46,442 nt of DNA from an uncultured Lentisphaeraceae bacterium (GTDB lineage: Bacteria > Verrucomicrobiota > Kiritimatiellia > RFP12 > UBA1067), in assembly GCA_964557205.1 (NCBI GenBank), contig CAZKZI010000004.1, positions 1 to 46,442 on the forward strand, read 5' to 3'. The notes under the pieces are model-generated. The model was not told the DNA's origin. It saw only the letters and a list, made by a program, of their open reading frames with translations, and searched no databases. A program made the translations under genes and the position numbers. This document shows positions 29,737 through 38,771 of this stretch, in pieces. Numbering within the stretch: position 1 is the first letter of the stretch; each line of letters starts with the position of its first letter.

Positions 29737-31528
29737 GTCAGAGAACGTAAAAAAAGGTGTGTGCGATATGCGCATGCTGAACGGTTTGCCGGTTTCGCGG
29801 GGCTTTGTGTCCGGCCCAGTTTTTCTGTTTAGGTCCACTGGCTGTGAGCAGATACCGGAATACCGTATTGAGCCGCATCAGGTGGCACTTGAAAATGCTC
29901 GCCTGGCAAACGCATTGTCTTTGACAAAAAACCAGATACATTCTTTGGCCAATGAACTTAAAAAGCGTATCAGTGGTGATGAAGCCACTATTTTCGATGG
30001 TCACCTGATGATGCTCGACGACCCTTCGTTTACGGGGTCTTGCAACGATAAAATAAGCAAAGGGCTTTTTAATGCCGAAGCGGCTGTGGACGCTGTCGCC
30101 GAACAATATTTCTCGATTTTCGCGGCTATGGATGATGTGTACCTGAAAGAACGCGCCACGGATATAAGCGATATTGCAAAAAGAATCATACATAACCTTT
30201 CGGGACGCGGCGAAGTGATTATATCAAGGCTGGAAAGACCGTCCATAATCGTCGCAGACGAACTTTCCCCTTCAGAAACAATCGCTTTGCCGAGGAACAT
30301 GGTTTTAGGATTTGCTACCGACAGGGGCAGTGCCACTTCGCACGCATCTCTTTTGGCACGTGCTCTCGGCATACCGGCGGTTGCGGGGTTGGGCTCCATT
30401 TCAGAAACAGTCAAAACCGGAGACCTGTTGCTTTTAGATGGCACAAGGGGCAAGGTGGTTCTCAACCCTGGCAGGGAAGAGTTCGCGGCTTTCGATAAAA
30501 TGGCGGAACGGTCTAAAGCGATCGAAGCTAATCTGGAACAGGGCAAGTTGTCAAAAGGTGCCACCCGCGACGGCCATATGGTTCCTTTCCTTGCTAATAT
30601 CGACCATAGCACTCCGATAACTGATCTTTATGCTGTAGGGGCTGAAGGAATCGGCTTGTACCGTACCGAGTATTTATGGATGGCCTATGAACGCGAGCCC
30701 ACAGAGGAAGAGCAGGCGCACGCTTATACTACAGCGGTCAGGGCTATGCCGGAAGGTCTGCCCGTAACAATCCGTGTGCTGGATCTTGGCGGCGATAAAA
30801 TAACCAGCGATGCTGCCTCGCATAAGGAAGCAAACCCATTTCTCGGCAACCGTTCGATCCGGTTTCTGCTACGGAACAGGGATGTTTTCCGACGTCAGTT
30901 ACGGGCAATCCTGCGAGCAAGCGCACACGGCATTGTACAGGTAATGTATCCTATGATCGCCACTATTGAGGAGTTGCGGGCCGGGAATAGCGAGCTGCGG
31001 GCCTGCATGGCTGAGCTTAGGCAAGCGGGTATTCCTTTTGACGAGAATTTGCGGCGCGGTGTTATGATTGAAATACCGGCAGCCGCCATGATTGCCGATA
31101 CCTTGGCGAAAGAGGCGGACTTTTTCTCGATCGGAACTAACGACCTTATCCAATATGCGCTAGCTGTTGACAGGCTTAATGAAACCGTGGCGAGGCTTTA
31201 TCAGCCGACCCATCCCGGAGTTTTGCACTTGATCGATATCACCATACAAGCGGCACAACAGCACGGGTTGAAGGTTGCGGTGTGCGGTGAGACTGCGGCT
31301 GATCCGTTTCTGGCTGTTCTATTGGTGGGAATGGGTGTTGACGAACTGAGCATGTCTCCCAATCTGATACCACTTGTGAAAAAAGTTATCCGCCAAATCA
31401 CCCTTGACGAGGCCAAACTTTTGGCAGAAGAGGTGCGGCGCATGACTGGATTGCCTGCCGAAAAAATTTATGCTCATTGCCGTAACTCTATTCTAAAGTT
31501 CGTGCCTGATCTGATGTATATTCAATAA
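29726..31528 (+). CDS. ptsI: PTS enzyme I
   Basis: TSHASLLARALGIPAV, GIGLYRTEY, RVLDLGGDK, EANPFLGNR, FSIGTNDL.QY, CGE. Confidence 0.96.
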   Translation: MSSESENVKKGVCDMRMLNGLPVSRGFVSGPVFLFRSTGCEQIPEYRIEPHQVALENARLANALSLTKNQIHSLANELKKRISGDEATIFDGHLMMLDDPSFTGSCNDKISKGLFNAEAAVDAVAEQYFSIFAAMDDVYLKERATDISDIAKRIIHNLSGRGEVIISRLERPSIIVADELSPSETIALPRNMVLGFATDRGSATSHASLLARALGIPAVAGLGSISETVKTGDLLLLDGTRGKVVLNPGREEFAAFDKMAERSKAIEANLEQGKLSKGATRDGHMVPFLANIDHSTPITDLYAVGAEGIGLYRTEYLWMAYEREPTEEEQAHAYTTAVRAMPEGLPVTIRVLDLGGDKITSDAASHKEANPFLGNRSIRFLLRNRDVFRRQLRAILRASAHGIVQVMYPMIATIEELRAGNSELRACMAELRQAGIPFDENLRRGVMIEIPAAAMIADTLAKEADFFSIGTNDLIQYALAVDRLNETVARLYQPTHPGVLHLIDITIQAAQQHGLKVAVCGETAADPFLAVLLVGMGVDELSMSPNLIPLVKKVIRQITLDEAKLLAEEVRRMTGLPAEKIYAHCRNSILKFVPDLMYIQ

Positions 31529-31621
31529 CGTCGGGAACCGGGCTCTCGGAAACACGCGCAGGCAGGCCAGAGCATAGCGCAGGGCGTGAAGCACGGAGAT
31601 GAAAAACGGGAAAAAACGAGG

Positions 31622-31649
31622 TTGACTCTTTTCACTCCCTCCGTATACT
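31622..31649 (+). promoter_or_regulatory. sigma70 promoter driving the candidate small RNA (and perhaps the ROK gene)
   Basis: TTGACT-16 nt-TATACT; predicted start ~31656-31657 coincides with the first base of a long stem. Confidence 0.7.
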
Positions 31650-31656
31650 AGATATC

Positions 31657-31759
31657 AATGGTTGTCCTGTGCCGTGCTATTTCAGTTCAGCAGGGTGCTG
31701 AACGGGCGAAGGCAGACAGCCTCAGAGATCCGACGAACGCGGCACAATACACAACCATT
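31657..31759 (+). ncRNA. Unassigned ~103-nt structured RNA candidate
   Basis: Ends pair: AATGGTTGT/ACAACCATT and TGTGCCGTG/CGCGGCACA; internal hairpin GTTCAGCA-GGG-TGCTGAAC. Confidence 0.6.
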
Positions 31760-31853
31760 ATTACGCTCCCTGAATCACCCTTACAACAGCGGTGAGGGGC
31801 TTCAAAAAAAAGAAGGGCGAAGAGACGGACTCAACCAGGGGCTGAACCAGCAG

Positions 31854-32987
31854 ATGACGCGGCGGCTTAATAAGGTTGCGCTCTTGCGTCTTTTGCACAT
31901 ACACGGGCCGATGTCCCGCGTGGAGCTGGCCGCCAGCCTCGGTTTGAATACCAAGACCATGACCAACCTGTCGCGCGAGTTGCTGGAACGAGGGTTTGTC
32001 GAGTCGGCCGGCATGGCGATCTGCAGTCGTGGCCGACCTCGTGAAATGCTGCAATTGAGCACCTCTAAACTGAATGCGATCGGCTTGCATCTGGAAGAGC
32101 ACCAAATCAGCGGCGCTTTGGTCGGTTTGGACGGTTCGATCCGGGAGCGATGCCTCCTTCATCTTTCAGGAAAGGAAAGCCAGCGGCGCTTGAAGGATCT
32201 TGTCTCGGACATGGCTCTGCATCTGTCGGTCGCGGCTCAGGGTCAAACCGTCGGAACGGGGTTAACGATCCCCGGCGTGGTGGATCATCGTACGGGGCTT
32301 GTCGTAAAGTCCACACATTTGCCCGCTTGGGTTGGCGTGAACGTGGCGACCTTGTTGGACGGTGTGTGTAAGGGGGCAGTCCAGGTGGAAGCTTACACTC
32401 CGGCAAAGGCCCTGGCCGAACGCTGGTTCGGCGCGGGTACTGACGTGGACGATTTCATTCTTTTGGATGCCGGTGTGGGAATCGGGTGCGCCGTCGTGAT
32501 CCAAGGCCGTCTGCACATGGGACAGAGCCACATGGCCGGTGAGATCGGCCATGTGGTGGTCACGCCGGAGGGCGAAACATGCACCTGCGGTCGCAGAGGT
32601 TGTCTCGAAACCGTGGCGTCTTTGGGCGCGATGCTGGAACAAGCGGGACTTGCCTCTGAAAATGCTCGCGCCCGCCCCCAAGACCTCCTGGCTGAGCGTC
32701 TACACACGGGCGACAAAGCCGTGCAGCGAATCGTGGAGAATGCCGGTCGCAGCATCGGCCTCGTCCTGTCCGCCCTCGTCGCCGCACTGAACCCATCCCG
32801 TGTGGTGCTGACGGGCGACGCGTTGGCGCTGGATCCCCTTTTCACGCGGACGGTTCGCGACTCCGTGACGGCTTTCACGCTGCCACAACTGACCCGTGAT
32901 CTGACGGTCGTCCCCAGCCGGATCGGTCAGGACGCGGCGCTTCTCGGCGCGGCCGTGCTTGGCCTGCAATCGCTCTTCGATGTCTAG
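31854..32987 (+). CDS. ROK-family transcriptional regulator (NagC/XylR-like)
   Basis: N-terminal HTH (SRVELAASLGL), GRP, AERWFGAG, GVGIG, AGEIGH, CTCGRRGCLETVAS; start uncertain, TTG 31662 rejected. Confidence 0.9.
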   Translation: MTRRLNKVALLRLLHIHGPMSRVELAASLGLNTKTMTNLSRELLERGFVESAGMAICSRGRPREMLQLSTSKLNAIGLHLEEHQISGALVGLDGSIRERCLLHLSGKESQRRLKDLVSDMALHLSVAAQGQTVGTGLTIPGVVDHRTGLVVKSTHLPAWVGVNVATLLDGVCKGAVQVEAYTPAKALAERWFGAGTDVDDFILLDAGVGIGCAVVIQGRLHMGQSHMAGEIGHVVVTPEGETCTCGRRGCLETVASLGAMLEQAGLASENARARPQDLLAERLHTGDKAVQRIVENAGRSIGLVLSALVAALNPSRVVLTGDALALDPLFTRTVRDSVTAFTLPQLTRDLTVVPSRIGQDAALLGAAVLGLQSLFDV

Positions 32988-33101
32988 AACGTCAATCGGC
33001 GCAGATGCTTGCTGATCTCGTTTCATCCGCAGGGTCAACTCGCACACCGTTTTTCAAATGCTGTTTTTCGCACTTGCTTTTGTGCGGGATATATATCAGA
33101 C

Positions 33102-33117
33102 TGATTCCATTAAATCA
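33102..33117. promoter_or_regulatory. Candidate operator upstream of the SDR-transketolase operon
   Basis: Imperfect palindrome TGATTCCATTAAATCA ~20 nt upstream of the SDR start. Confidence 0.35.
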
Positions 33118-33137
33118 CCACACGGGAGGGTATTTGC

Positions 33138-33902
33138 ATGGCCGGGATCATTGAAAAATTCCGTCTCGACGGTAAGAAAGCTCTAGTTACCGGTGCCGGC
33201 CGTGGCATCGGCCGTGGTTTTGCCACGGCTCTTGCAGAGGCTGGAGCCGACGTTGCGGTCGTCGATATTCTTGAAGAAAACGCGATGCGCACCGCCAAGG
33301 AAATCGCCGACGCGACCGGTCGCCGCGTGTTCGGGATTCACGCCGATGTCGCACAAATCGAAGACGTCCGGCGTATGGTGACTGAAACCGTTTCCACCTT
33401 CGGTCGGCTCGACATCGCCGTCAACAATGCGGGCATCTCCATCCCGATAAAATCCGCGCTCGATGTGACCGGCGAGGAGTGGAAACATCAGTTCGATATC
33501 AATCTGAACGGAACTTGGAACTGCGTGCGCGAAGAGGCACGCGTGATGATCCCGAACCGGTACGGCAAAATCATCAACATTGGCTCGATCTGCGGGCACA
33601 TCATCTGGCCGACGCCCCAACTGCCCTACAGCGTATCGAAGGCTGCGGTACTCCACCTAACGCGGGCGGCGGCAGCGGAATTCATCCGCTACGGGATACG
33701 TGTTAATAGCATCAGTCCAGGTGTGACTAAGGTGGAAGACCTGTTTCCTGAGGTGATCGACACCTTCTTCAAGACCGCTCCGATCGATCGCTACGGCTCA
33801 CCGGAGGATCATCAGGGGGCGCTGATCTTTTTGGCTGGGCCGCTCTCGGACTTTATGGTCGGCCAGGATTTGGTGATCGACGGTGGCTATACCATCATGT
33901 GA
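33138..33902 (+). CDS. SDR oxidoreductase (polyol/sugar dehydrogenase-like, probably NAD-preferring)
   Basis: TGAGRGIG, acidic VVD after beta2, NNAG, YSVSK, RVNSISPG, DGG; GGGAGG RBS. Confidence 0.9.
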   Translation: MAGIIEKFRLDGKKALVTGAGRGIGRGFATALAEAGADVAVVDILEENAMRTAKEIADATGRRVFGIHADVAQIEDVRRMVTETVSTFGRLDIAVNNAGISIPIKSALDVTGEEWKHQFDINLNGTWNCVREEARVMIPNRYGKIINIGSICGHIIWPTPQLPYSVSKAAVLHLTRAAAAEFIRYGIRVNSISPGVTKVEDLFPEVIDTFFKTAPIDRYGSPEDHQGALIFLAGPLSDFMVGQDLVIDGGYTIM

Positions 33903-33923
33903 CAACGAATGGAGTAAACACTC

Positions 33924-34757
33924 ATGAAACTTGCTGAAACGGAGCTTGCCGACTGCAGGGAATTCGCTCGGAAAATCCGTCGGCACTGCCTGAAAATGGT
34001 TCACAAAGGCCAAAGCGGCCACATCGGCAGCATGTTGTCGATGGCCGACATCCTGTCGATCCTCTACACCAAAATTCTGAACGTATCCCCACAGGAACCG
34101 AATATGCCGGGCCGCGATCGATTTATTCTCTGCAAAGGTCACGGCGGCGCGGCGGTGCTGGCAACGCTGGCCGAACTCGGATTCTTCCCGCTCGACTGGC
34201 TCGGCACTTACTATCAAGACGCCGGTAAATTGAGCGGTCATATCTCCCATCATGTTCCCGGTGTTGAGTTTTCGACAGGTTCGCTCGGCCACGGCTTGCC
34301 GGTCGCTTGCGGAATGGCGCTGGCCGCCAAGCACGACAACGACCGACACCGGGTCTTCTGCCTGGTCAGCGACGGCGACTGTGACGCCGGCTCCACGTGG
34401 GAGGCAATCATGCTCGCGGGGCAGCACCACTGGGACAATCTGGTGATGCTGGTCGACTACAACCAGCTTCAAGCGCTCGGCTGCTCCAAAGACATCATCA
34501 ACTTGAATCCGCTCGCGCCGAAACTCGAACAGTTCGGCTGGGCTGCGATCGACGCCGACGGCCACGACCAGCAGGCGATTTTCAAAGCCTTGACCTGGCT
34601 GCCGCTTTGCCCCGGGAAACCCTCGGCGATCATTTTTCACACCACCAAGGGGAAAGGCGTGAGCTTTATGGAAAACAACTACAAGTGGCACTACGGAGGT
34701 CTCACCGACGAGCTGCTGACCCAGGCTTTGAAAGAGGTCGAGGAGGCTTCATTATGA
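33924..34757 (+). CDS. Transketolase, N-terminal (TPP-binding) subunit
   Basis: SGHIGS, RDRFILCKGH, STGSLGHGL, SDGD...GSTWEA...DYN, HTTKGKGVSFME, WH. Confidence 0.92.
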   Translation: MKLAETELADCREFARKIRRHCLKMVHKGQSGHIGSMLSMADILSILYTKILNVSPQEPNMPGRDRFILCKGHGGAAVLATLAELGFFPLDWLGTYYQDAGKLSGHISHHVPGVEFSTGSLGHGLPVACGMALAAKHDNDRHRVFCLVSDGDCDAGSTWEAIMLAGQHHWDNLVMLVDYNQLQALGCSKDIINLNPLAPKLEQFGWAAIDADGHDQQAIFKALTWLPLCPGKPSAIIFHTTKGKGVSFMENNYKWHYGGLTDELLTQALKEVEEASL

Positions 34758-35680
34758 GAAAAGCGTTCAATCAGGAGCTGTTGAAGATCGCGAAGGATAA
34801 TCCTCGCGTCTATATGATCCTTGCCGATATCGGCTACGGCGAGATCGAGGACTTCGCCAACGCCTTCCCGGACCGGTTCATCAACTGCGGCGTGGCCGAA
34901 CAGAACATGACTGGTGTCGCCTGCGGCGTTGCCATGGAGGGCAATATCGCCATCACGTACTCTATCGCGAATTTCCCGACTCTCCGCTGCCTCGAACAGG
35001 TCCGCAACGATGTCTGTTACCATAACGCCAACGTCAAGATCATCATCATCGGCGGCGGGATGGCCTACGGAGAACTCGGAATCTCCCACCATTCGACCGA
35101 GGATATCGCGATCATGCGCGCGCTGCCGAATCTCGTGGTGCTCGCGCCCTGCGACATTCTGGAGGCTCGGGCGGCGACTCATGCGATGATGGCCTACAAT
35201 GGGCCGGTCTACTTCCGCTGCGGCTACAAAGGTGAGCAGGATATCCATTCCGGGCCGGTCGATTTCCGGATCGGCAAGGCGATCACCGTGAAACCCGGCA
35301 CCGACGCGACCGTCTTCTTTACTGGCACCGTCGGCATCAATGCCAAGCACGCTGTCGAACAGCTCGAAAAAGAGGGTGTCAACTGCCGGCTGGTCAGTAT
35401 GCCCACGATCAAGCCGATCGACCGTGACGCCATCATCGGCGCGGCCCAAGAGACCGGCGCGATCGTAACCGTAGAGGAGCATAACCTCTGCGGAGGTTTC
35501 GGCAGCGCGGTCGCCGAAGTGCTGATGGATGCCAACTGCGGCAACGTGCCCTTCAAACGTCTCGCGCTGCCGGATGTCAACGTAACCTTGATCGGCAGCC
35601 AGCACTGGCTGCGCGACCAGTATGGGCTGGGCGTCAATCACATTGTCGAGGCGGTGAAAAAAATCGTCCGGTGTGAATAA
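34754..35680 (+). CDS. Transketolase, C-terminal subunit
   Basis: GVAEQNM, EQVRND, G.SHHSTED, TIKPID, TVEEH..GGFGSAVAE; ATGA overlap and GAGGAGG RBS. Confidence 0.92.
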   Translation: MRKAFNQELLKIAKDNPRVYMILADIGYGEIEDFANAFPDRFINCGVAEQNMTGVACGVAMEGNIAITYSIANFPTLRCLEQVRNDVCYHNANVKIIIIGGGMAYGELGISHHSTEDIAIMRALPNLVVLAPCDILEARAATHAMMAYNGPVYFRCGYKGEQDIHSGPVDFRIGKAITVKPGTDATVFFTGTVGINAKHAVEQLEKEGVNCRLVSMPTIKPIDRDAIIGAAQETGAIVTVEEHNLCGGFGSAVAEVLMDANCGNVPFKRLALPDVNVTLIGSQHWLRDQYGLGVNHIVEAVKKIVRCE

Positions 35681-36477
35681 TGAAAAGACTTGAAAACAAA
35701 ATCGTGATCATTACAGGCGGGGCTGGCGGCATCGGCGGTGCCGCTTCGGAAATCTTCGCCGGGGAAGGCGCGAGCGTGGTCATTGCCGATCTCGATGAAA
35801 AGGCTGGCATGAGCCTTCAGACGAAGATCACGGCAAACGGGGGAACCTGCATCTTTCGCCGTTGCGACGTCTCTCAAGGCGACGATGTCCGCTCCGTTAT
35901 CGATTTCTGCAAAAACAGACTCGGCGCACTCGACGTGATTTACAACAACGCCTCCGTTTATCTGGCAAAACTCGACGGACGTGTCACGGAGATTGAAGAA
36001 GACGTCTGGGAAAAAGTGATAGCGATCAACCTGCGGAGCATCTATCTGTTCTGCAAATACGGGATTCCCTTGATGATGAAAAAAGGCGGCTCGATCATCA
36101 ATACCGCTTCTAGCGCGGGAGTCATCGGCATTCCGAATTGCGACGCCTATACGGCGACGAAGGGCGCCACGGTTCAACTGACCAAATCGATGGCGGTTGA
36201 ATACGGCCGTTACGGCATCCGGGTCAACTGCATTGCGCCTGCGGCGATCATGACTCCGATGGTGAAAGAAAGCAATCCCTCCGATGGATCGGACCTGTTT
36301 GACGAGAGGGCGTTTCTGAATCTGCGCACACCCTTACGCCGCTACGGAACGCCGGAGGAGATCGCAAAGGTCGCATTGTTCTTGGCTTCCGATGAATCGA
36401 CCTATCTCAACGGTTCAGTTATCGTCGCCGACGGCGGAATCACGGTTTGCGGCGACCTTTCCAAGGTTCCGGGATAG
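35680..36477 (+). CDS. SDR oxidoreductase
   Basis: TGGAGGIG, NNAS, NTASS, YTATKG, RVNCIAP, DGG; TAATG coupling. Confidence 0.9.
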   Translation: MKRLENKIVIITGGAGGIGGAASEIFAGEGASVVIADLDEKAGMSLQTKITANGGTCIFRRCDVSQGDDVRSVIDFCKNRLGALDVIYNNASVYLAKLDGRVTEIEEDVWEKVIAINLRSIYLFCKYGIPLMMKKGGSIINTASSAGVIGIPNCDAYTATKGATVQLTKSMAVEYGRYGIRVNCIAPAAIMTPMVKESNPSDGSDLFDERAFLNLRTPLRRYGTPEEIAKVALFLASDESTYLNGSVIVADGGITVCGDLSKVPG

Positions 36478-36524
36478 CGGCACCCGCTTCCCGGGTTTTC
36501 GTGTCAGAGAAAAACAGGAGATTC

Positions 36525-38582
36525 ATGATGAATGTTCCGTATAAACATAGTCTGAAAACCATTGTTACGCTTTCGATTCTGAGCTTCCTGCCTTTGCTGG
36601 CAGATGCTGACAATCCTGTTCGCAAGGAAAACGTTAAGCCGGTGGTGATCCGGGTGCGGAGCCAACACCCGGCAGTTGACCTCGCGGCGGAGGAGTTGGC
36701 CCGCTACCTGGGTCAAATGGCGGGGGACCCCGGGGCCGCGGAGGTCGTGAGTGCCCTGCCGCCGGGCGGTGCCGCGATCGAGTTGGGTCTCTCGGGCGAT
36801 CTGGGGGTGTCCATCAAGGGACTTGCCGATCCCCGCCGTGACGATGCCATCCACATCGACGTGCGGGGCTCCAAAGGCGTGATTGCCGGTTCCAACCCGC
36901 GGAGCGTCCTGTTCGCAGCCTACCGCTTCCTCGAGGCCTGCGGGTGCCGATGGATCCGACCGGGCAAGGACGGCGATTACGTTCCCTCCCGTCCCGTGAA
37001 CGACCTCTCGGCACAGGTGGACGACAAGGCCTTCTACCGGTTCCGCGGCAACAACAACTGCGGCGCCTACTCGTTTGACCACCTGCTGGACAGAATTGCC
37101 TGGGCACCAAAGGTCGGGTTGAACACCTTCTTTTCTGAGTTTTTCCTGCCCCGTGGCCTCTACAACAATTATTACAACCGGGAGTATCCCAGTTTTAAGA
37201 ACCCTGAACCGCGCTCTGACGAGGAGATTCGCGCCTGTCATGAATTGAGCGTCCGCGAGATCAAGCGTAGGGGGATGTTCTACCATGCTGCCGGGCACGG
37301 CTGGACGGCGAAGGTGCTCGGGCTGCCGGAGTCGGAATCCGACCACTGGGCAAGACCCGCCGTGCCGCAGGGCAAAGAGTGGATGCTGGCGATGGTCAAC
37401 GGGCGGCGCGACCTGAGCCGCGGCCCGACCTTCACCGACCTCTGCTACGGGAACCCGGAGGTCCGGCGCCGACTCGTGCGGGGCGTCGCAGACTACGCGG
37501 AACAACATCCGGAAGTGGACTACCTCCACGTCTGGACCGACGACGCTATGAACAAAACATGCGAATGCCCGCTCTGCCGCGACATGCGGCTGAGCGATTT
37601 CTACATCGAGATCCTCAACGGGATCGACGCCGAGCTTTCTCGGCGCGACATCCCCACGACCATCGTATTCCTGATCTACCAAGACCTCCTCTGGCCGCCC
37701 GAGAAGCAGCGGATCAACAATCCCGGACGATTCACGCAGATGTTCGCGCCGATCTCGCGGCCGTACAACAAACCCTACGACCTCACCGCCACCGGCGAAG
37801 GGCTGCCGCCCTACCGGCTCAATCAAAACAAACAGCCAACCGACGAGCACGCCAGCATGAATGTCCTGCGGAGTTGGCAGAAGGTGTTCTCGAGGGAAGC
37901 GTTCGTCTTCGATTATCACATGGTCTGGCATCACTATTTTGACCCCGGATACATCGGCTTCACCGAGGTGATGGCCGAAGACATCCGCCGGCTGCCGCAA
38001 ATGGGGATGCAGGGGTTCGTGAGCTGCCAGAATGTCCGCGGCTCGTTCCCGCACGGTTACCCGAAGTACCTCCACGCGCGGCTGCTCTGGAAACCGAAGG
38101 CCGACACCGACGCGCTGGCCCGAGAGTATTTCGCCGGCGCGTTCGGCGAGGGCGCGGAGCAGGCCCGCGAATATGCTGTCACGCTTTCGCGGCTGTTTGA
38201 GCCGCTTTTTCTGAACAGCGGCGCGTTGTTCGCAAAAGACGGGGACAAAACGGCGGCGTTGGCAAAGCTGGCAGCGGTTCCTCGGGTAGTGGCCGCCTTC
38301 CTGCCGGTCATCGAGGGGCATCTGTCCGTCGGCGCTCCGGCACACCGCCAGTCGTGGAAATACCTGTCGCTGCATGCGGGGTTAGCCGTGAAGATTGCCG
38401 AGGCGGTGCAGGCCAAGGCCGGAGGCAACCAGAAAGAGGCCAACGCGCTTTGGGAGCAGGCGATCCAGCAGGTCGCGGAGGATGAGACGCAAACCGATCC
38501 GGTTTTCGATATCTACTACTTCGGCAATACTTATCGACGCTATTTCACCCCGGCCAAGCCGCCCCGCCCCGCGCAGCCGTGA
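36525..38582 (+). CDS. Secreted DUF4838-like protein (putative glycoside hydrolase)
   Basis: Signal peptide; AAEELARYL...IAGSNPRSVLFAAYRFLE..GCRW..PG N-domain, GHG, LCYGNP, D....CECPLC, FLIY; AGGAG RBS. Confidence 0.7.
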   Translation: MMNVPYKHSLKTIVTLSILSFLPLLADADNPVRKENVKPVVIRVRSQHPAVDLAAEELARYLGQMAGDPGAAEVVSALPPGGAAIELGLSGDLGVSIKGLADPRRDDAIHIDVRGSKGVIAGSNPRSVLFAAYRFLEACGCRWIRPGKDGDYVPSRPVNDLSAQVDDKAFYRFRGNNNCGAYSFDHLLDRIAWAPKVGLNTFFSEFFLPRGLYNNYYNREYPSFKNPEPRSDEEIRACHELSVREIKRRGMFYHAAGHGWTAKVLGLPESESDHWARPAVPQGKEWMLAMVNGRRDLSRGPTFTDLCYGNPEVRRRLVRGVADYAEQHPEVDYLHVWTDDAMNKTCECPLCRDMRLSDFYIEILNGIDAELSRRDIPTTIVFLIYQDLLWPPEKQRINNPGRFTQMFAPISRPYNKPYDLTATGEGLPPYRLNQNKQPTDEHASMNVLRSWQKVFSREAFVFDYHMVWHHYFDPGYIGFTEVMAEDIRRLPQMGMQGFVSCQNVRGSFPHGYPKYLHARLLWKPKADTDALAREYFAGAFGEGAEQAREYAVTLSRLFEPLFLNSGALFAKDGDKTAALAKLAAVPRVVAAFLPVIEGHLSVGAPAHRQSWKYLSLHAGLAVKIAEAVQAKAGGNQKEANALWEQAIQQVAEDETQTDPVFDIYYFGNTYRRYFTPAKPPRPAQP

Positions 38583-38583
38583 T

Positions 38584-38599
38584 CCTCGTCCGGACGAGG
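38584..38599. other. Perfect 16-bp palindrome right after the DUF4838-like gene
   Basis: CCTCGTCCGGACGAGG; no U-tract. Confidence 0.35.
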
Positions 38600-38771
38600 G
38601 GCATCACAAATTCTCAGGGAAACCCGACAAAAAGCCGTGGTACGCAAATTATGAACCGCGAACTCCGAACCCTTGTTCTTCTGCGAGTCAACAAAGGTGA
38701 ACCGCACCCGGAAGATAGCAGCAAAAGGGAAAATGTTGACGCATTTCCGGTTAACTTGATAAATTTACGTC

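Noticed and set aside
31657-31759. tRNA, SRP RNA, TPP/glycine riboswitch or retron ncRNA
   Set aside because: Diagnostic motifs are missing and there is no reverse transcriptase in the window
31662-31790. TTG-initiated extension of the ROK ORF
   Set aside because: Runs through the structured RNA and shows no ROK similarity
34397-34753. 119-aa N-terminal extension of TK-C suggesting a fusion or frameshift
   Set aside because: It overlaps TK-N in another frame; ATG 34754 has a strong SD and ATGA coupling, so the split is genuine
33798-35641. Antisense ORFs of 297 and 316 aa
   Set aside because: Shadows of the transketolase subunit genes
36504-38375. 623-aa antisense ORF
   Set aside because: Shadow of the high-GC3 DUF4838-like gene; no motifs or RBS
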